A stretch of DNA of 62,435 nt, filler included, from Sphingomonadaceae bacterium (GCA_050261575.1; 7 parts of 7 records of this genome joined end to end with filler, not necessarily neighbours in it); one strand, 5' to 3'. Counted from the first letter of the whole stretch, positions 19,491-30,158 are shown. Notes: generated by a model not told the origin, from the letters alone. A program made the numbers and translations.

Positions 19491-19494
19491 CAGG

Positions 19495-19790
19495 GGGTTG
19501 GCAATCCACTCCCAATCCTTCACTTTGGTCTTGCGACCGGGGATGGCCTCGATGTGATGGGCGTTGACCAGCAGAAGCTCGAAGCTGCCCTCCTGCAGGT
19601 CGAACACGGGCTTTCAGCAGACTCCTGTCGACTCCATCGCCACCTGAGTCACCCCCTTGGAGACCAGCCAGTCCGCCAGATTGAGAAGGTCGTCGGTCAT
19701 GGAACGAAAGCTCCTGACCTCCTTGCGGGCAGAGCCCCAGCCTCCGGAGTGATCATGCAGGCGAGAATCAGCCTCTTGTGAGTATCCAAA
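19495..19790 (-). pseudogene. IS110-family recombinase N-terminal remnant
   Basis: MTDDLLNLADWL..VTQVAMESTGV, internal stop, then LLVNAHHIEAIPGRKTKVKDWEWIA. Confidence 0.85.
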
Positions 19791-20250
19791 CCGCAGCAGC
19801 GTTCGCAGATAACCTTCATTGTGGATACCCCTATTGTTGAGATACCTCCCGGTGGTGCACCCGAACCTCAAAAGGTCTGCTTCGTGTGCTCAGGGCAACA
19901 ATCTGTGGTTCTAAGTGGTGCAAAGGTCAGACTGTCCACCGATCTCGGGGGGCCAAGCTCTCTCGGCCCTCTGCGCCCGAGTGGGCTGTACTAAGAGACT
20001 GACACTCTTCGGATCAAGCCATTTTCATCCCATGATGGTGACCTCCAGGGCATGGGCAACTGAAGAAAAGCCGCTGGGCGACCGATGATTGGTATGACAT
20101 GTGCTGTACTAGCGGCAGGTGAGCCTCTCTACTTGACAAGCCCTTACGAGGTGCCCTAGCATGAGCGACAGCTACTCACAGGAGGACCAACCCCCGGTGG
20201 TCTCTGCTTTCACCCCCGAAGGCAGCGGTAGTGAGGAGGAGAGGGGCACA

Positions 20251-20436
20251 ATGACGAAGGAAGAGCGACTGGCGAAGCTTGCTCGAAACGCCATCACAAG
20301 GCCGACCCGCGGAGAGGCAAAGCCGCCTCGCGAGAGCTTCGAAGACATGGTCGCGAAACCGCTTCTGCGGAGGCCTGTGGACTCCGAGAAGATCCTCGGA
20401 TGCCGTGGCGGGGGCTGCCAGTTCGTGCACGGGTAG
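20251..20436 (+). CDS. Small protein, possible antitoxin
   Basis: Short basic ORF with SD, overlapping the PIN gene. Confidence 0.45.
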   Translation: MTKEERLAKLARNAITRPTRGEAKPPRESFEDMVAKPLLRRPVDSEKILGCRGGGCQFVHG

Positions 20437-20999
20437 GGCCCGTGTCGAGGTTTCGGCCGCTTACTCACGGCCATCTGCCCGAGTTCATCTACTTCGACAC
20501 AAGCTTCTTGATCCTCGCCGCCATAGGCGACCAGGATCAGCGGCTTGAGGCCGCCCGCTTCCTTCGCAGGCTCCTGGAACACGGAACCCACATGATCGTT
20601 AGCAACTTGGTGCTTCTGGAGAGTTGGCATGCTGCGCTTCTGTCCGCTGCCGAGGACTACGCAGGAGAGGGCTGGGAGGAAGACTTCAAGCGGCCAGACT
20701 TCCGGAAGGAGGTCCTCCCACACGCGGAGCCCATCATGCGCCGCGTTGATCAGATCCTCGATAGCTTCGTCGATCGGACCCAGGGGCAGATCGTGGCCAT
20801 CGGCACTGAGGACATGGACAATGCTGCTCGCTGCATGAGGGCCTATGGCCTGGACAGCTACGATGCATCCCACGCTGGCGTGATGATGACCTACGACATC
20901 CATGACATAGCCACCAACGATCGCCACTTCAGGGAAGTCCCTGACTTCAACCTGTGGCTCTTTGAAGGCCTATGTCGCGATCTCCGGGACAACTACTAA
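20400..20999 (+). CDS. PIN-domain (VapC-like) nuclease
   Basis: YFDTSFL, LLE, YDASHA and ATNDRHF. Start uncertain. Confidence 0.85.
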   Translation: MPWRGLPVRARVGPVSRFRPLTHGHLPEFIYFDTSFLILAAIGDQDQRLEAARFLRRLLEHGTHMIVSNLVLLESWHAALLSAAEDYAGEGWEEDFKRPDFRKEVLPHAEPIMRRVDQILDSFVDRTQGQIVAIGTEDMDNAARCMRAYGLDSYDASHAGVMMTYDIHDIATNDRHFREVPDFNLWLFEGLCRDLRDNY

Positions 21000-21299
21000 G
21001 CATCACCTTCTCGGCAGCCGTTGACCCCAACCCGGGCAACCGATGGCAGACGCCCACCGACGTTGATGGGCAGGGGGCAGAGAGGCGGCAAAGGAGGTAC
21101 TACGGCTAGGCTAAAAGCGGCTAAACCAGCAAGCGGCCACGACCGACCATAGACAGCCGAATCGGAGCCGTTTTCCCTCTGCTGCCTGGCTCATAACCGC
21201 TTGGTCCCTGGTTCGAATCCGGGTGGGCCCACCAGACGAGGGCAAAAGGGGAGGCCAGTCTCGCAGGCTGGCCTCCCTCGTTGCATCTCGCCTGGAATG

Positions 21300-22057
21300 C
21301 TAGCGGAAGTCGCCTACCGCGAACTCCAGCCCCAGTTCCACCAGCTTCTCTTTCGTGGGGTTGCCCGTCTCCAGGTCCCACCCTCGGTAGCTGTAGTAGT
21401 CGTTCTTCAGCCGCTCCAGGGTTTCCCTGGGCATCACGGCGCCCTTCATCGGTCCCTCGGGGATCGGCTCCTCCATGATTCGAGCAGGCAGGGTGTCGTC
21501 CTTGCGGGAGAAGCCCTCTCTGGCGGAGAAGCAACGGATCATGTTCCACTGCCGCTCTGCGATCTTCCGAGCCTGCTCTTTGCTCAGTTCCCATCCGGTG
21601 ACGACGTTCAACGCTTCGATCGCGTTGTCGGTGATGCCGATAGGCCCCCACACCGTCTCGGCCAGGTGGCAGAGGATGACGGAGTCGTTGAAGATCAGGA
21701 AATGGTTTACCTCCGCCGCGAGGGCGCCCTTGTCGTCCAGGACCTTTCGATCGGACAGGCCCATCTTCTCCGCGGTGGTGCGGGCGTCGTGGTGGCTGCC
21801 ACCCCTCGGCCCCGTGGCGTAGCCCACGGCCGCGCTGGCGAAGGGTCTCGGGGTGTGGCCGGCCAACTCCAGCCCCTTTACGTGCACCGCGAAGCGCTCG
21901 CTGCCCTTCCCCACGATTCTGGATGCCTCCCTGACTCCCTTGGCCAGGAGGGCGCCCAGCCCCTCCCGCTTGCCGATCTTCTCCGTCATCTCCAGCATCG
22001 CATCGGCGTTACCGAAGCGCAGGTCGATGCCGTCGGTGTCGGCCTTGGTGAAGATCC
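21300..22057 (-). CDS. Aldehyde:ferredoxin oxidoreductase, C-terminal part
   Basis: HVKGLEL, YATGPRGGSH, DDTLPARI and YYSYRGWD..G.P. Truncated by the gap. Confidence 0.92.
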
Positions 22058-22157
22058 NNNNNNNNNNNNNNNNNNNNNNNNNNNNNNNNNNNNNNNNNNN
22101 NTTAATTAATTAANNNNNNNNNNNNNNNNNNNNNNNNNNNNNNNNNNNNNNNNNNNN
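22058..22157. other. Artificial contig linker (also 36754-36853, 48015-48114, 54424-54523, 58757-58856, 60201-60300)
   Basis: N-runs flanking TTAATTAATTAA, which stops all six frames. Confidence 0.99.
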
Positions 22158-22394
22158 GGCGCGGGGTACGCCTCGAGGTTCCGACGCGAGGGCCCCCTCG
22201 CGTGCGCCTCGAAAGGGTCTCCCTTCCGGCAAGCTGAGGCGCACCCCGACGAGCGGCTGCTGGGAATGGCAGTGGCGAAGGAAGGCATGGCAAATGGGTT
22301 CAGGGGTATGGAGGAGGGCGAAACCAGCGCGCCTCGACCGGGATCGAGGACCGAGAGCGCCGAGACTCGGTCCTCGATCCCGGTCAGCCCCGAC

Positions 22395-23381
22395 CTACGG
22401 TCGCAGGCGGGACAGCACCTCCGGGTTGACCGGGGTCAGCGGCGGCCGGCCCTGCAGCACCGCCATGGCGTTGTCCGCCGCCAGCTCGGCCATGGCCCGT
22501 CGGGTGGCGATGGTGGCGCTGCCGATGTGGGGCACGGCTACCACGTTCTCCATCTTCAGCAGCGGGTTCTCCGGATCGGTCGGCTCACGGTCGAAGACGT
22601 CCAGCCCCGCGCCTGCGATCCGCCCCTCCCGCAGGGCGGCGATCAGGGCTCGCTCGTCCACTATCGGCCCCCGAGCAGCGTTGATCAGGAAGGCGGTGGG
22701 CTTCATCAGGGCGAACTGCGCGGCGCCCATCATCCCCCTGGTGCTCGGCATGAGGGGCACGTGGAGCGACACGAAATCCGACTCCCGCAGCAGGCTGTCG
22801 AAGTCCACGTACTGGTAGCCAAAGCGCTGCTCCAGATCCTCCCGCCGGACGAAGTCGTAGTAGAGCACCCTCATCTTGAAGCCCAGGGCCCGCTCGGCCA
22901 CCGCCGCACCGATTCGGCCGAGACCGACCACACCCAGCGTGGAGTGATGGACGTCCCGGCCCAGGAAGCTCGCGGCACCTCCGACCTTGCCCCACAGGCC
23001 AGCGCGCACGTGGCGCTCGGCCTCCCCGATCCTCCTGGCAACCGCCAGCATCAGGGCAAACGCCAGGTCAGCGGTGGTGTCGGTGAGGACGTCTGGCGTA
23101 TGGGTGACCACTATCCCTCGCTCCGTGGCGGCCGCCACGTCGATGTGGTCGAAGCCCACGGAAGGTGTGGCGATGACCCGCAGCCTGGGCGCCTTGTCCA
23201 TGAGGGACGCCGGAAAAGGCGTGTAGCCCACCACCGCATGGGTGTCGGCCACCTCCCTCTCCACCACGTCGGCGGGGCAGCCGCCATCCCCTGTCCAACG
23301 GCTGACCTCGCACACCTCGGCCAATCGAGCGAGGAGCCGATCGTCTAGAGGGACAGTGGCGAATACCTTCGGTTTTGCCAT
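22395..23381 (-). CDS. D-2-hydroxyacid dehydrogenase (glyoxylate reductase-like)
   Basis: GLGRIG, INAARG, AGLDVF and PHIGSAT. Confidence 0.95.
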   Translation of the reverse strand: MAKPKVFATVPLDDRLLARLAEVCEVSRWTGDGGCPADVVEREVADTHAVVGYTPFPASLMDKAPRLRVIATPSVGFDHIDVAAATERGIVVTHTPDVLTDTTADLAFALMLAVARRIGEAERHVRAGLWGKVGGAASFLGRDVHHSTLGVVGLGRIGAAVAERALGFKMRVLYYDFVRREDLEQRFGYQYVDFDSLLRESDFVSLHVPLMPSTRGMMGAAQFALMKPTAFLINAARGPIVDERALIAALREGRIAGAGLDVFDREPTDPENPLLKMENVVAVPHIGSATIATRRAMAELAADNAMAVLQGRPPLTPVNPEVLSRLRP

Positions 23382-23565
23382 CGTGTGCTCCTTTCTCACG
23401 CGGGCGGCAGACGAAGCGATGAAATGGCGGAAGATGGCCCCACGGATAGAAGCCGCCCCCACAGGTAGAACAAGGATACGACATCCGGCTGTCTAAAGGC
23501 GAGAGGGCAACCGGGCCATCAATGCACGCGGATGTAGCTCGGTGACGGCCTGGAAGGCATTACCC

Positions 23566-23650
23566 GTCATCCTGAGCATCCCAACTGTCATCTTGAGCGT
23601 CAGGCGAAGGATCTCCAGTCGGGGAGATGCTTCGCTGCGCTCGGCACGAC
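23566..23650. repeat. GTCATCCTGAGC-type palindromic intergenic repeat
   Basis: GTCATCTTGAGCG..GCGAAGGATCTCC..GGAGATGCTTCGC..CGCTCGGCACGAC. Confidence 0.65.
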
Positions 23651-23678
23651 CGTCGTACTGGACTTGCCGGACGGGACG

Positions 23679-23888
23679 TTAGGTCGGCCGGACGGCCAGG
23701 ACAGACATCCCCAGCTTCTCCTCCAGCCCCTTCAGACACTCCATCTGGCTCTCACTCAACTGGGCCGGCTCCACCTTCCCCTCCTGGAAGGCCAGCAGGA
23801 TGCCGCCTCCCAGGGTGGCCTCGGCCTCCTTCAGCAGCCGCTCCTGCTCCGCCGTGAGGCGGCCCAACGTGTATACCTTTCCGGCCAT
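23679..23888 (-). CDS. Small hypothetical protein (69 aa, internal duplication)
   Basis: SD GGAGG. Two related units: LTAEQ..LKEAEATLG..LLAF and LSESQ..LKGLEEKLG..VLAV. Confidence 0.75.
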   Translation of the reverse strand: MAGKVYTLGRLTAEQERLLKEAEATLGGGILLAFQEGKVEPAQLSESQMECLKGLEEKLGMSVLAVRPT

Positions 23889-24083
23889 CTCCCAACCTCC
23901 GTACGTGACTCGGGTGAAGAGCCTACCCGGCAGGGGCAAATCCCATACCGACCGGGCGGGGACTGGCATGTACAGTGCAGAAGAGCAACACATCGCGGAG
24001 GTCCCGCCCTGTAGCAGACGCAGGCGGTGGCGAGGCATGGTTCGCGAGAGCGCGGACCGTTCGATCGAAAGGAAGTGCCAATC

Positions 24084-24923
24084 ATGCGGCGTCTGGCCGT
24101 AGGTCTGGTCCTCGCCGTTGCCGTGGCCGCGGCCGGCGGCGACATCACTCTAGCGCAGACGGTGCCCGAGTTCCGAATGGGCTTCGCTGCGCTCGCCTCC
24201 CTCATCTCCGAGGTGGTGGGACAGCCGATCAGCGACGAGCAGTTCAACCCCCAGACCGGTGAGTCCTCTCAGCTCACGACCGAAGGCCTGATGGTGTGGC
24301 GGAAAGCGGACAACGTCACCGCTTTCACCGACGGCCACACGACGACCCTGCAGGGGCCATTCGGCCTGCAACAGCGGCCCAACGACACGCTCTTCGCCTG
24401 GGAGCGGCCCGCGGCGCTGGTCGAGCTGCCCACCACGGCCCACTTCACCCCGGATATCTCAATCGGAGTGGCCATCCAGCAGCTCTCCACCACACCCGCC
24501 GGACAGGAGCTTCTGACCTCGGCTACCGAGAGCGGCGTCCTGATCGCTCGGGAGTTCTTGCCCCGCGGTGTCCTCGGGGCCTTCATCGGCGAGCAGAACC
24601 TGGCGATCCTATCGGCGCAACTGGACCCAACCCCATCCCAGGTGAGAGCGGCGGTGCTCGCCCACGAACTCCAGCACGCATCCGATGCAGCGAGCCAGGG
24701 CACGCCACAGACGGCGGCCCAATGCTTCGATTTCGAGTTCCGGGCCTTTTCACGCCAGGCCCAGGTGTGGAACCAGCTTTGGCAGGGGAATCTGCCGCCC
24801 GACGAGAACGTCTACTTCACTGAGCTGAACGACATCACGCGAACCGTGCAGAGCAACCCGGAGGCATTCGTCACGGATCTGGTGCGGCGGTATCGCTCGG
24901 AGTGCGGGCTCCTGCCGTCGTGA
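24084..24923 (+). CDS. Secreted protein with HEXXH motif (putative metallopeptidase)
   Basis: Signal peptide, VLAHELQHA and a downstream E. Confidence 0.75.
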   Translation: MRRLAVGLVLAVAVAAAGGDITLAQTVPEFRMGFAALASLISEVVGQPISDEQFNPQTGESSQLTTEGLMVWRKADNVTAFTDGHTTTLQGPFGLQQRPNDTLFAWERPAALVELPTTAHFTPDISIGVAIQQLSTTPAGQELLTSATESGVLIAREFLPRGVLGAFIGEQNLAILSAQLDPTPSQVRAAVLAHELQHASDAASQGTPQTAAQCFDFEFRAFSRQAQVWNQLWQGNLPPDENVYFTELNDITRTVQSNPEAFVTDLVRRYRSECGLLPS

Positions 24924-24968
24924 GGCTCGGGGAAAGGCGGAGGAGGAAGGATCGGGCATCGAGGGGCC

Positions 24969-25364
24969 CTATCCCTCCTCCTCCTGTTCCTCCTCCAGGT
25001 TCGGCAGCGGCCCGGGGCTCACCGATCGTACGGTGAAGCCGAACTGGCGATTCGACGCCATGTCGGAGGTGCGGTCGTCCAGGTCCCGAGACCACTGCCG
25101 CAGTGTCACGTTCAGCGCATCCTGCAGCTCTCGGGCCCGGTCGGGGGAAGCGTTCACCCACAGGGTGAGGGTCAATTCGCGAGTGCCGGGCTCGACATCC
25201 AGTACCACCCGGCTCACGGGCGCGGAGCCACTCCTGGGGGTGGCCCGAAAGCGATCTACTAGATCGCGGATAGCCACGTCGAGGGGCCGGGGCAGCAGCT
25301 TGGTGGCGGCGGGGGTCACCTCAAGCGAGGGCCATCCGCCGGTCACTCGATCAGGTTGGTCCAT
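24969..25364 (-). CDS. Hypothetical protein
   Basis: SD GGAGG before ATG, ~131 aa. Confidence 0.6.
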   Translation of the reverse strand: MDQPDRVTGGWPSLEVTPAATKLLPRPLDVAIRDLVDRFRATPRSGSAPVSRVVLDVEPGTRELTLTLWVNASPDRARELQDALNVTLRQWSRDLDDRTSDMASNRQFGFTVRSVSPGPLPNLEEEQEEEG

Positions 25365-25591
25365 ACAGTCCTCCACGTGTAGTCATCAGGCTGCGCGGGG
25401 CGGCCGACCGGAGGGGGAGCAGGGCGAGCCGTGGCCCCGAGCCGCGCCCCAGTATACACCGTTGCACCACGGGGCATCCCTCCAGGCGCCGTATGGATCA
25501 CACGACGCTGAGGCAGGGTGCAGTGGACCGGCGCGAGCCGCTGCTCTTGAAACGGACTCCGGTATCGGGCTATCATGCCGGTAGATAATAG

Positions 25592-27007
25592 ATGGTCAGA
25601 GATGCGGGTCCCGTCGGGTTAGCCGATCCGCGGGGAAGCCTCTGCCAGGAAGAGCCGAATAGTGTTCGAGCTGTTGGGATGCCGCCTTCCGATTTCGCAG
25701 CGGTTTCTCCCCATGCCCCTACAGTGACCGGCATCTACGCCGGCCATAGGCCGGCATCGTCAGTCACCTCCTCCAGAGGGCGCATTCTCCTACTGACAAC
25801 AGACACAGGGAGCGGACACAGGTCCATCGCGTCGGCCATCGCCAAGGACTTCCTCAGGCGGCCCTTGCCGGAGACCGACGTGGTGCTGATCAATCCGTTC
25901 GTGCCCGCCTACTTCAACGGTCTGCTGAGAGAGATTCTAGACCTGTACGGCCCTGTGATCAGGAACGTGCCGTCCCTGTACGGCGCCTTCTGGCGGTTCC
26001 TGCTGTCGTCTCGTCGATTCGCCTACGCGATGCGGTTCGCCAACAGCCTGGTGCGGTCCACCTTTCGGGACCTGATCGCCGATCCCGCCAATCGGGCGAT
26101 CATCACCACCCACGCGATCCTGCCCGCACTCGTCGCCTCGACCATCCGGAGCGATCAGGACTGCGTCACCGTGTCGGTGGCCACCGACCTTCAGATCGCC
26201 GAACCTGGATACCGTTGGCCAGGTATGACGAGGTACGCGGCCATGACCCAGGAGGTCGCCAACGACCTGCTGAGACAGGGGGTCAGCCCGGAACGGGTAG
26301 TGGTGGCCGGCCACATCATCGACAGGCAGGCGATAGACAGGGCAGTGAGACGGCGCCGCGAAACCCGCCAGAGGCTGGGACTCGACGACGCGCAGAGGCT
26401 GATACTTCTGGCCGGTGGCAGAGAAGGCGCCGGGCACATCCGAGGCATCGTGGACGGTCTGCTGGCCAGAGAGGTAGACGCGGTTCTGATGGTGGTGTGC
26501 GGCACGAACCTGCGTCTCCTCAGGTTGCTGCAGTCCTCACCTCAGTACCGCTCGGTGAAGGCCGTCGGGTGGAGTTCCGACTTCCTCGACCTGCTAGCCG
26601 CTGCGGATCTACTGGTGACCAAGGCCGGAGCAGTGACCATCATGGAGGCGCTAGCCGCGGGAACGAAGTTCGTTGTCACGGGCTACATCGGCGGCCAGGA
26701 GACTGGTAACGTCCACTACGTCAAGAAACACGGCCTCGGCGTCGTGGCCGACACCGTGGACGAGGCGGTGGAGGCGATCCTGACGACGCTACCGGAGGTC
26801 GATGGGCACGACGCAAGGGTGCCGGAAGCGGTGGCCAGTGGATCTCTGTCGATGTCGCTGCTCCACAGCCCCAGCATCGGAGGCGCCGACACCTCGGTTC
26901 CCCTCTCAGGCGGGAGGACCCTCTCCACCACGGGGAACCACACGGCCGATGTCGCCCCGGCCCTCTCCAAGATCTTGCTCCCCGAGCTGTACGGACGGGA
27001 GGACTGA
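25592..27007 (+). CDS. MGDG synthase/UgtP-like glycosyltransferase (GT28)
   Basis: TGSGHRS, VVCGTN, LVTKAG and GQETGN. Start uncertain. Confidence 0.88.
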   Translation: MVRDAGPVGLADPRGSLCQEEPNSVRAVGMPPSDFAAVSPHAPTVTGIYAGHRPASSVTSSRGRILLLTTDTGSGHRSIASAIAKDFLRRPLPETDVVLINPFVPAYFNGLLREILDLYGPVIRNVPSLYGAFWRFLLSSRRFAYAMRFANSLVRSTFRDLIADPANRAIITTHAILPALVASTIRSDQDCVTVSVATDLQIAEPGYRWPGMTRYAAMTQEVANDLLRQGVSPERVVVAGHIIDRQAIDRAVRRRRETRQRLGLDDAQRLILLAGGREGAGHIRGIVDGLLAREVDAVLMVVCGTNLRLLRLLQSSPQYRSVKAVGWSSDFLDLLAAADLLVTKAGAVTIMEALAAGTKFVVTGYIGGQETGNVHYVKKHGLGVVADTVDEAVEAILTTLPEVDGHDARVPEAVASGSLSMSLLHSPSIGGADTSVPLSGGRTLSTTGNHTADVAPALSKILLPELYGRED

Positions 27008-27022
27008 CCCCGCCCGGCTTCC

Positions 27023-27670
27023 CTACAGCCCCAAGTCCTCCCCAACCAGCACCACGGTGACGTCCAGGCCACGGGTCCTGCGATGGAGGATCACGGTGGC
27101 TTTGCAGATCCTGTCGCGGCAGTCGCAGTCGGAGCAGACGCCAGTGGTGGTGCAGGGGGTGTCGCAGTTGAGCCGTCTGGCGTTGGCAGGGGCGGCCAGG
27201 TTGGCGGCTCGATCCAGTGCCTCCTCCAGCGTCGGCACCACCTTGTTGGCTCCGGCAACCACGATGGTGCGGCCCGGTCCGAACAGCGTCGCCGCGGCCC
27301 GGTTGCCGTTGGAGTCCAGGATCACCAGCCTGCCGTCCATGGTGACGGCGTTGGTCCCCGTCAGGAAGAAGTCGGCCAGCAGGGCCTCGCGGCGCAGAGG
27401 GCGTCGCTCCTCCCAGGCCACCGCCCTCTCCACCCAGGGAGGGTTGATCAGTCGATACGGCCCGTCGCGCAGCGCCTCCATCAGCCCCGTCTCGTCCAGA
27501 GTGAGCGAGCCCCCGAAGCCGACGGCTGCCCCGGCTGGGATCATGTCCAGGATCGTCCTGCGCGCCGAAGCCGAGTCCTCGGCGTACAGGGAATCGAAGC
27601 CGTTGCGCCGCAGCGCCTCGACGGCCGCCCTGGCACGGGTTTCTTGAAGCCACTGTTTGGATGGGTGCAT
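27023..27670 (-). CDS. LUD-domain protein
   Basis: GFGGSLTL, GTNAVTMDG..D.NGNR, NKVV and a Cys cluster. Confidence 0.9.
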   Translation of the reverse strand: MHPSKQWLQETRARAAVEALRRNGFDSLYAEDSASARRTILDMIPAGAAVGFGGSLTLDETGLMEALRDGPYRLINPPWVERAVAWEERRPLRREALLADFFLTGTNAVTMDGRLVILDSNGNRAAATLFGPGRTIVVAGANKVVPTLEEALDRAANLAAPANARRLNCDTPCTTTGVCSDCDCRDRICKATVILHRRTRGLDVTVVLVGEDLGL

Positions 27671-27749
27671 GGATAGCCTCCGGCCGGATCGAATCGGTCC
27701 ACCATCGTGTCGTGTGCGAGGCTGGTCGAGCCGACGGGCGCACCGCCTC

Positions 27750-30158
27750 TCAGGCGAGCGCGATCCCCTCCGGGCGGTCGTCCTTGGCCAGGCCGGGCAC
27801 GCGGGTCCCCTTGCGGTCGCGGCCGGCGGTGGGGATCGCCTTCGCCTCCAGCCGCAGCACCTGCCTCCCGACCGTCCACACCAGGATCTCCTCCCGCCCC
27901 TCCACGACTACGCCACCCACGAGGCTGTCCGTCGGCGCCATTCCGGCCGCCTGGACGCCGCCCGTGGCTCGCCCCTTCAGGGGGTATTCCTCCAGCGAGG
28001 TCTTTTTGGCCAGGCCGGACGTGGTGACGGTCGCCAGGTAGCGGCGATCCTTCGCCGCAACCTGGAACGCCGCCACGACGTGCGCGCCCTTCCCCAGGTT
28101 GATGGCCTGGACCCCCTGCCCGACGCGACCCGACGCGCGCACCTCCTCGTCCAGGAAGCGCAGCGCCTTGCCTTCGGATGTGAGCACGAGATACTGGTCA
28201 CCTCCGTCGCTCGCCATCGCCGTCTGAAGCTGGTCGTCCTCCAGTAGCTTGAGGTCGGAGAGACCGGAGGTGTCCGCGCTGCGATACTCGTACAGGGCGG
28301 ACTTCTTCACCCGGCCGTTGCGGGTGAACTGCACCAGGTAGCGATCCTGGGGGAAGCCGTCGGCGGCGAAGGCCGCCACGATCCGCTCCTGGGCCCCCAG
28401 GCTGAGGATGCGGCGGATCGACTCGCCCTTGCCATCGGTCTCTGGCAGGTCGTTGGCGCGCACGGCGAAGACCTGCCCCAGGTTCGACACGAAGAGCACG
28501 TAGTCCATCGTGCTGGCCACGAAGGAAGCCTGCAACGGATGGTCCTTTCGGCTCCGACGCTTGCCCTCCGGGATCACTCGCAACTGCCCATCGGGCGTAA
28601 GCTGAATCTGGAGGTTCTTCACGTCGATGATGTTCCGAACCTCGGTCACCTCGACCGCACCCTCGCGGTCGATGACCGTCCGGCGGGCATCGCCGAACCG
28701 CTCCTTCACCGATCGATACTCGCTCTTCAACAGGTCGATCAGCCTGGCTGGGTCTCCCAGGATCGCCTGAAGCTCGGCTATGCGCGCCTCCAGGCTCTTC
28801 CGCTCCTCCTCGTAGCGACCGGCGTCCAGCTTGGTGACCTGAGATAGGGTCATGTTGGCGATCACTTCGGCCTGGATCTCGGAGAGCTTGTACTTCTTCT
28901 GGATCTCCAGCTTCGCCTCCTGCCGGTTCGCCGCCTGCTGGAAGATCCGCACGATCTGCTGGGCGTTGGCCGCCCCGATGATCAGCCCCAGCACGATGTG
29001 CAGCCGATCCTGAGCCTTCCTCAGCTCGTGCTGGAGCCGCTTGGTCAGCACGTCCCTCTGGTGATCGTTCCAGTGGACCAGCAAGTCCACCATCCCCACC
29101 TGCCGAGGTTCCACGGCCGGTTTGCCAGGCTCGCCGATCAGGAAGACCATCTGAGCGGTGTAGTTCTGCTGCAGCTCGGTGTGGGCGTACAGGGCGTTCA
29201 GCACCGCGGCAGGGTCGGCGTCCTTGCGGAGTGTGAGGACCACCCTCAGGCCGTGATCCTCGTCGGACTCGTCCCGTATCTCCGTGACCCCCTCGATCCT
29301 CCGCTGGTTGATCGCATCGGCCACGGAACCCTTGATCCTGTCCTTGGTGGTGTACGGGATCTCGGTGATCACCAGCGCCTGGCCTCGGGGGCTCTCCTCC
29401 AGGCGGACGGTGCCCCGGATCGTGAAGCGCCCCTTCCCCGTCTCCAGGTACTCCCTGATACCGTCCTCGCCCAGGATGTGGCCGCCCGTGGGGAAGTCCG
29501 GCCCCTGGATGTAGCGCATCAACTGCTGCGTGGTCATCTCCGGCCTGTCCAGCAGGGCTGTGGCGGCGTTCAGCACCTCGGTCAGGTTGTGGGGAGGCAC
29601 GTTGGTGGCTATGGCCACGGCCACGCCGCTGATGGGGTTCACCACCGGCGGGAGGTGTCCGGTGAGGTAAAGGGGCTCGGTGATCCTGGGGTCCTGCAGG
29701 TAGGTGGGAACCAACGGGACGGTCTCCTGATCCACGTCGGCCAGCAGCACCTCGGCAAGGGCGGACAGCCGGGCCTCCGTGTATCGGGCTGCGGCCGGCG
29801 GGTCGTTGTCGATGGAGCCCATGTTTCCCTGCCCCTCGATGAGGGGATAGCGCAGCGTGAAGTCCTGGGCCATGCGGGCGAGGGTCTGATAGATGGCCGC
29901 GTCCCCGTGAGGGTGGAAATCGCCCGTGACCTGGCCGACGATCTTGGCCGACTTGATGGTGGGCTTGTTGGAGCGGTAGCCGTTGACGTACATGCAGTAG
30001 AGGATGCGCCGCTGCACCGGCTTCATGCCGTCGCGAGCATCCGGAATGGCCCGGTCTACGATGGTGGCCGCCATGTATTGGGCGTAGTTCCGCGGGAAGA
30101 TGACCGCGAAGTCCTCTTCGCGGATCTCTTGTTCTGGTGTGAGTACCTCGTTAGACAT
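27750..30158 (-). CDS. parC: Type IIA topoisomerase subunit A, ParC-like
   Basis: RDGMKPVQRRI, HPHGD, AARYTEAR and a beta-pinwheel CTD with no intact GyrA-box seen. Confidence 0.85.
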   Translation of the reverse strand: MSNEVLTPEQEIREEDFAVIFPRNYAQYMAATIVDRAIPDARDGMKPVQRRILYCMYVNGYRSNKPTIKSAKIVGQVTGDFHPHGDAAIYQTLARMAQDFTLRYPLIEGQGNMGSIDNDPPAAARYTEARLSALAEVLLADVDQETVPLVPTYLQDPRITEPLYLTGHLPPVVNPISGVAVAIATNVPPHNLTEVLNAATALLDRPEMTTQQLMRYIQGPDFPTGGHILGEDGIREYLETGKGRFTIRGTVRLEESPRGQALVITEIPYTTKDRIKGSVADAINQRRIEGVTEIRDESDEDHGLRVVLTLRKDADPAAVLNALYAHTELQQNYTAQMVFLIGEPGKPAVEPRQVGMVDLLVHWNDHQRDVLTKRLQHELRKAQDRLHIVLGLIIGAANAQQIVRIFQQAANRQEAKLEIQKKYKLSEIQAEVIANMTLSQVTKLDAGRYEEERKSLEARIAELQAILGDPARLIDLLKSEYRSVKERFGDARRTVIDREGAVEVTEVRNIIDVKNLQIQLTPDGQLRVIPEGKRRSRKDHPLQASFVASTMDYVLFVSNLGQVFAVRANDLPETDGKGESIRRILSLGAQERIVAAFAADGFPQDRYLVQFTRNGRVKKSALYEYRSADTSGLSDLKLLEDDQLQTAMASDGGDQYLVLTSEGKALRFLDEEVRASGRVGQGVQAINLGKGAHVVAAFQVAAKDRRYLATVTTSGLAKKTSLEEYPLKGRATGGVQAAGMAPTDSLVGGVVVEGREEILVWTVGRQVLRLEAKAIPTAGRDRKGTRVPGLAKDDRPEGIALA

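Larger units (their letters stand above)
19261..21240. mobile_element. Decayed genomic islet in tRNA-Ile2
   Basis: 53-bp perfect direct repeat at 19261-19313 and 21188-21240. TGACCCCAAC near both ends (19385, 21022). Confidence 0.9.

Noticed and set aside
22102..22113. Recurrent TTAATTAATTAA motif
   Set aside because: Artificial scaffold linker.
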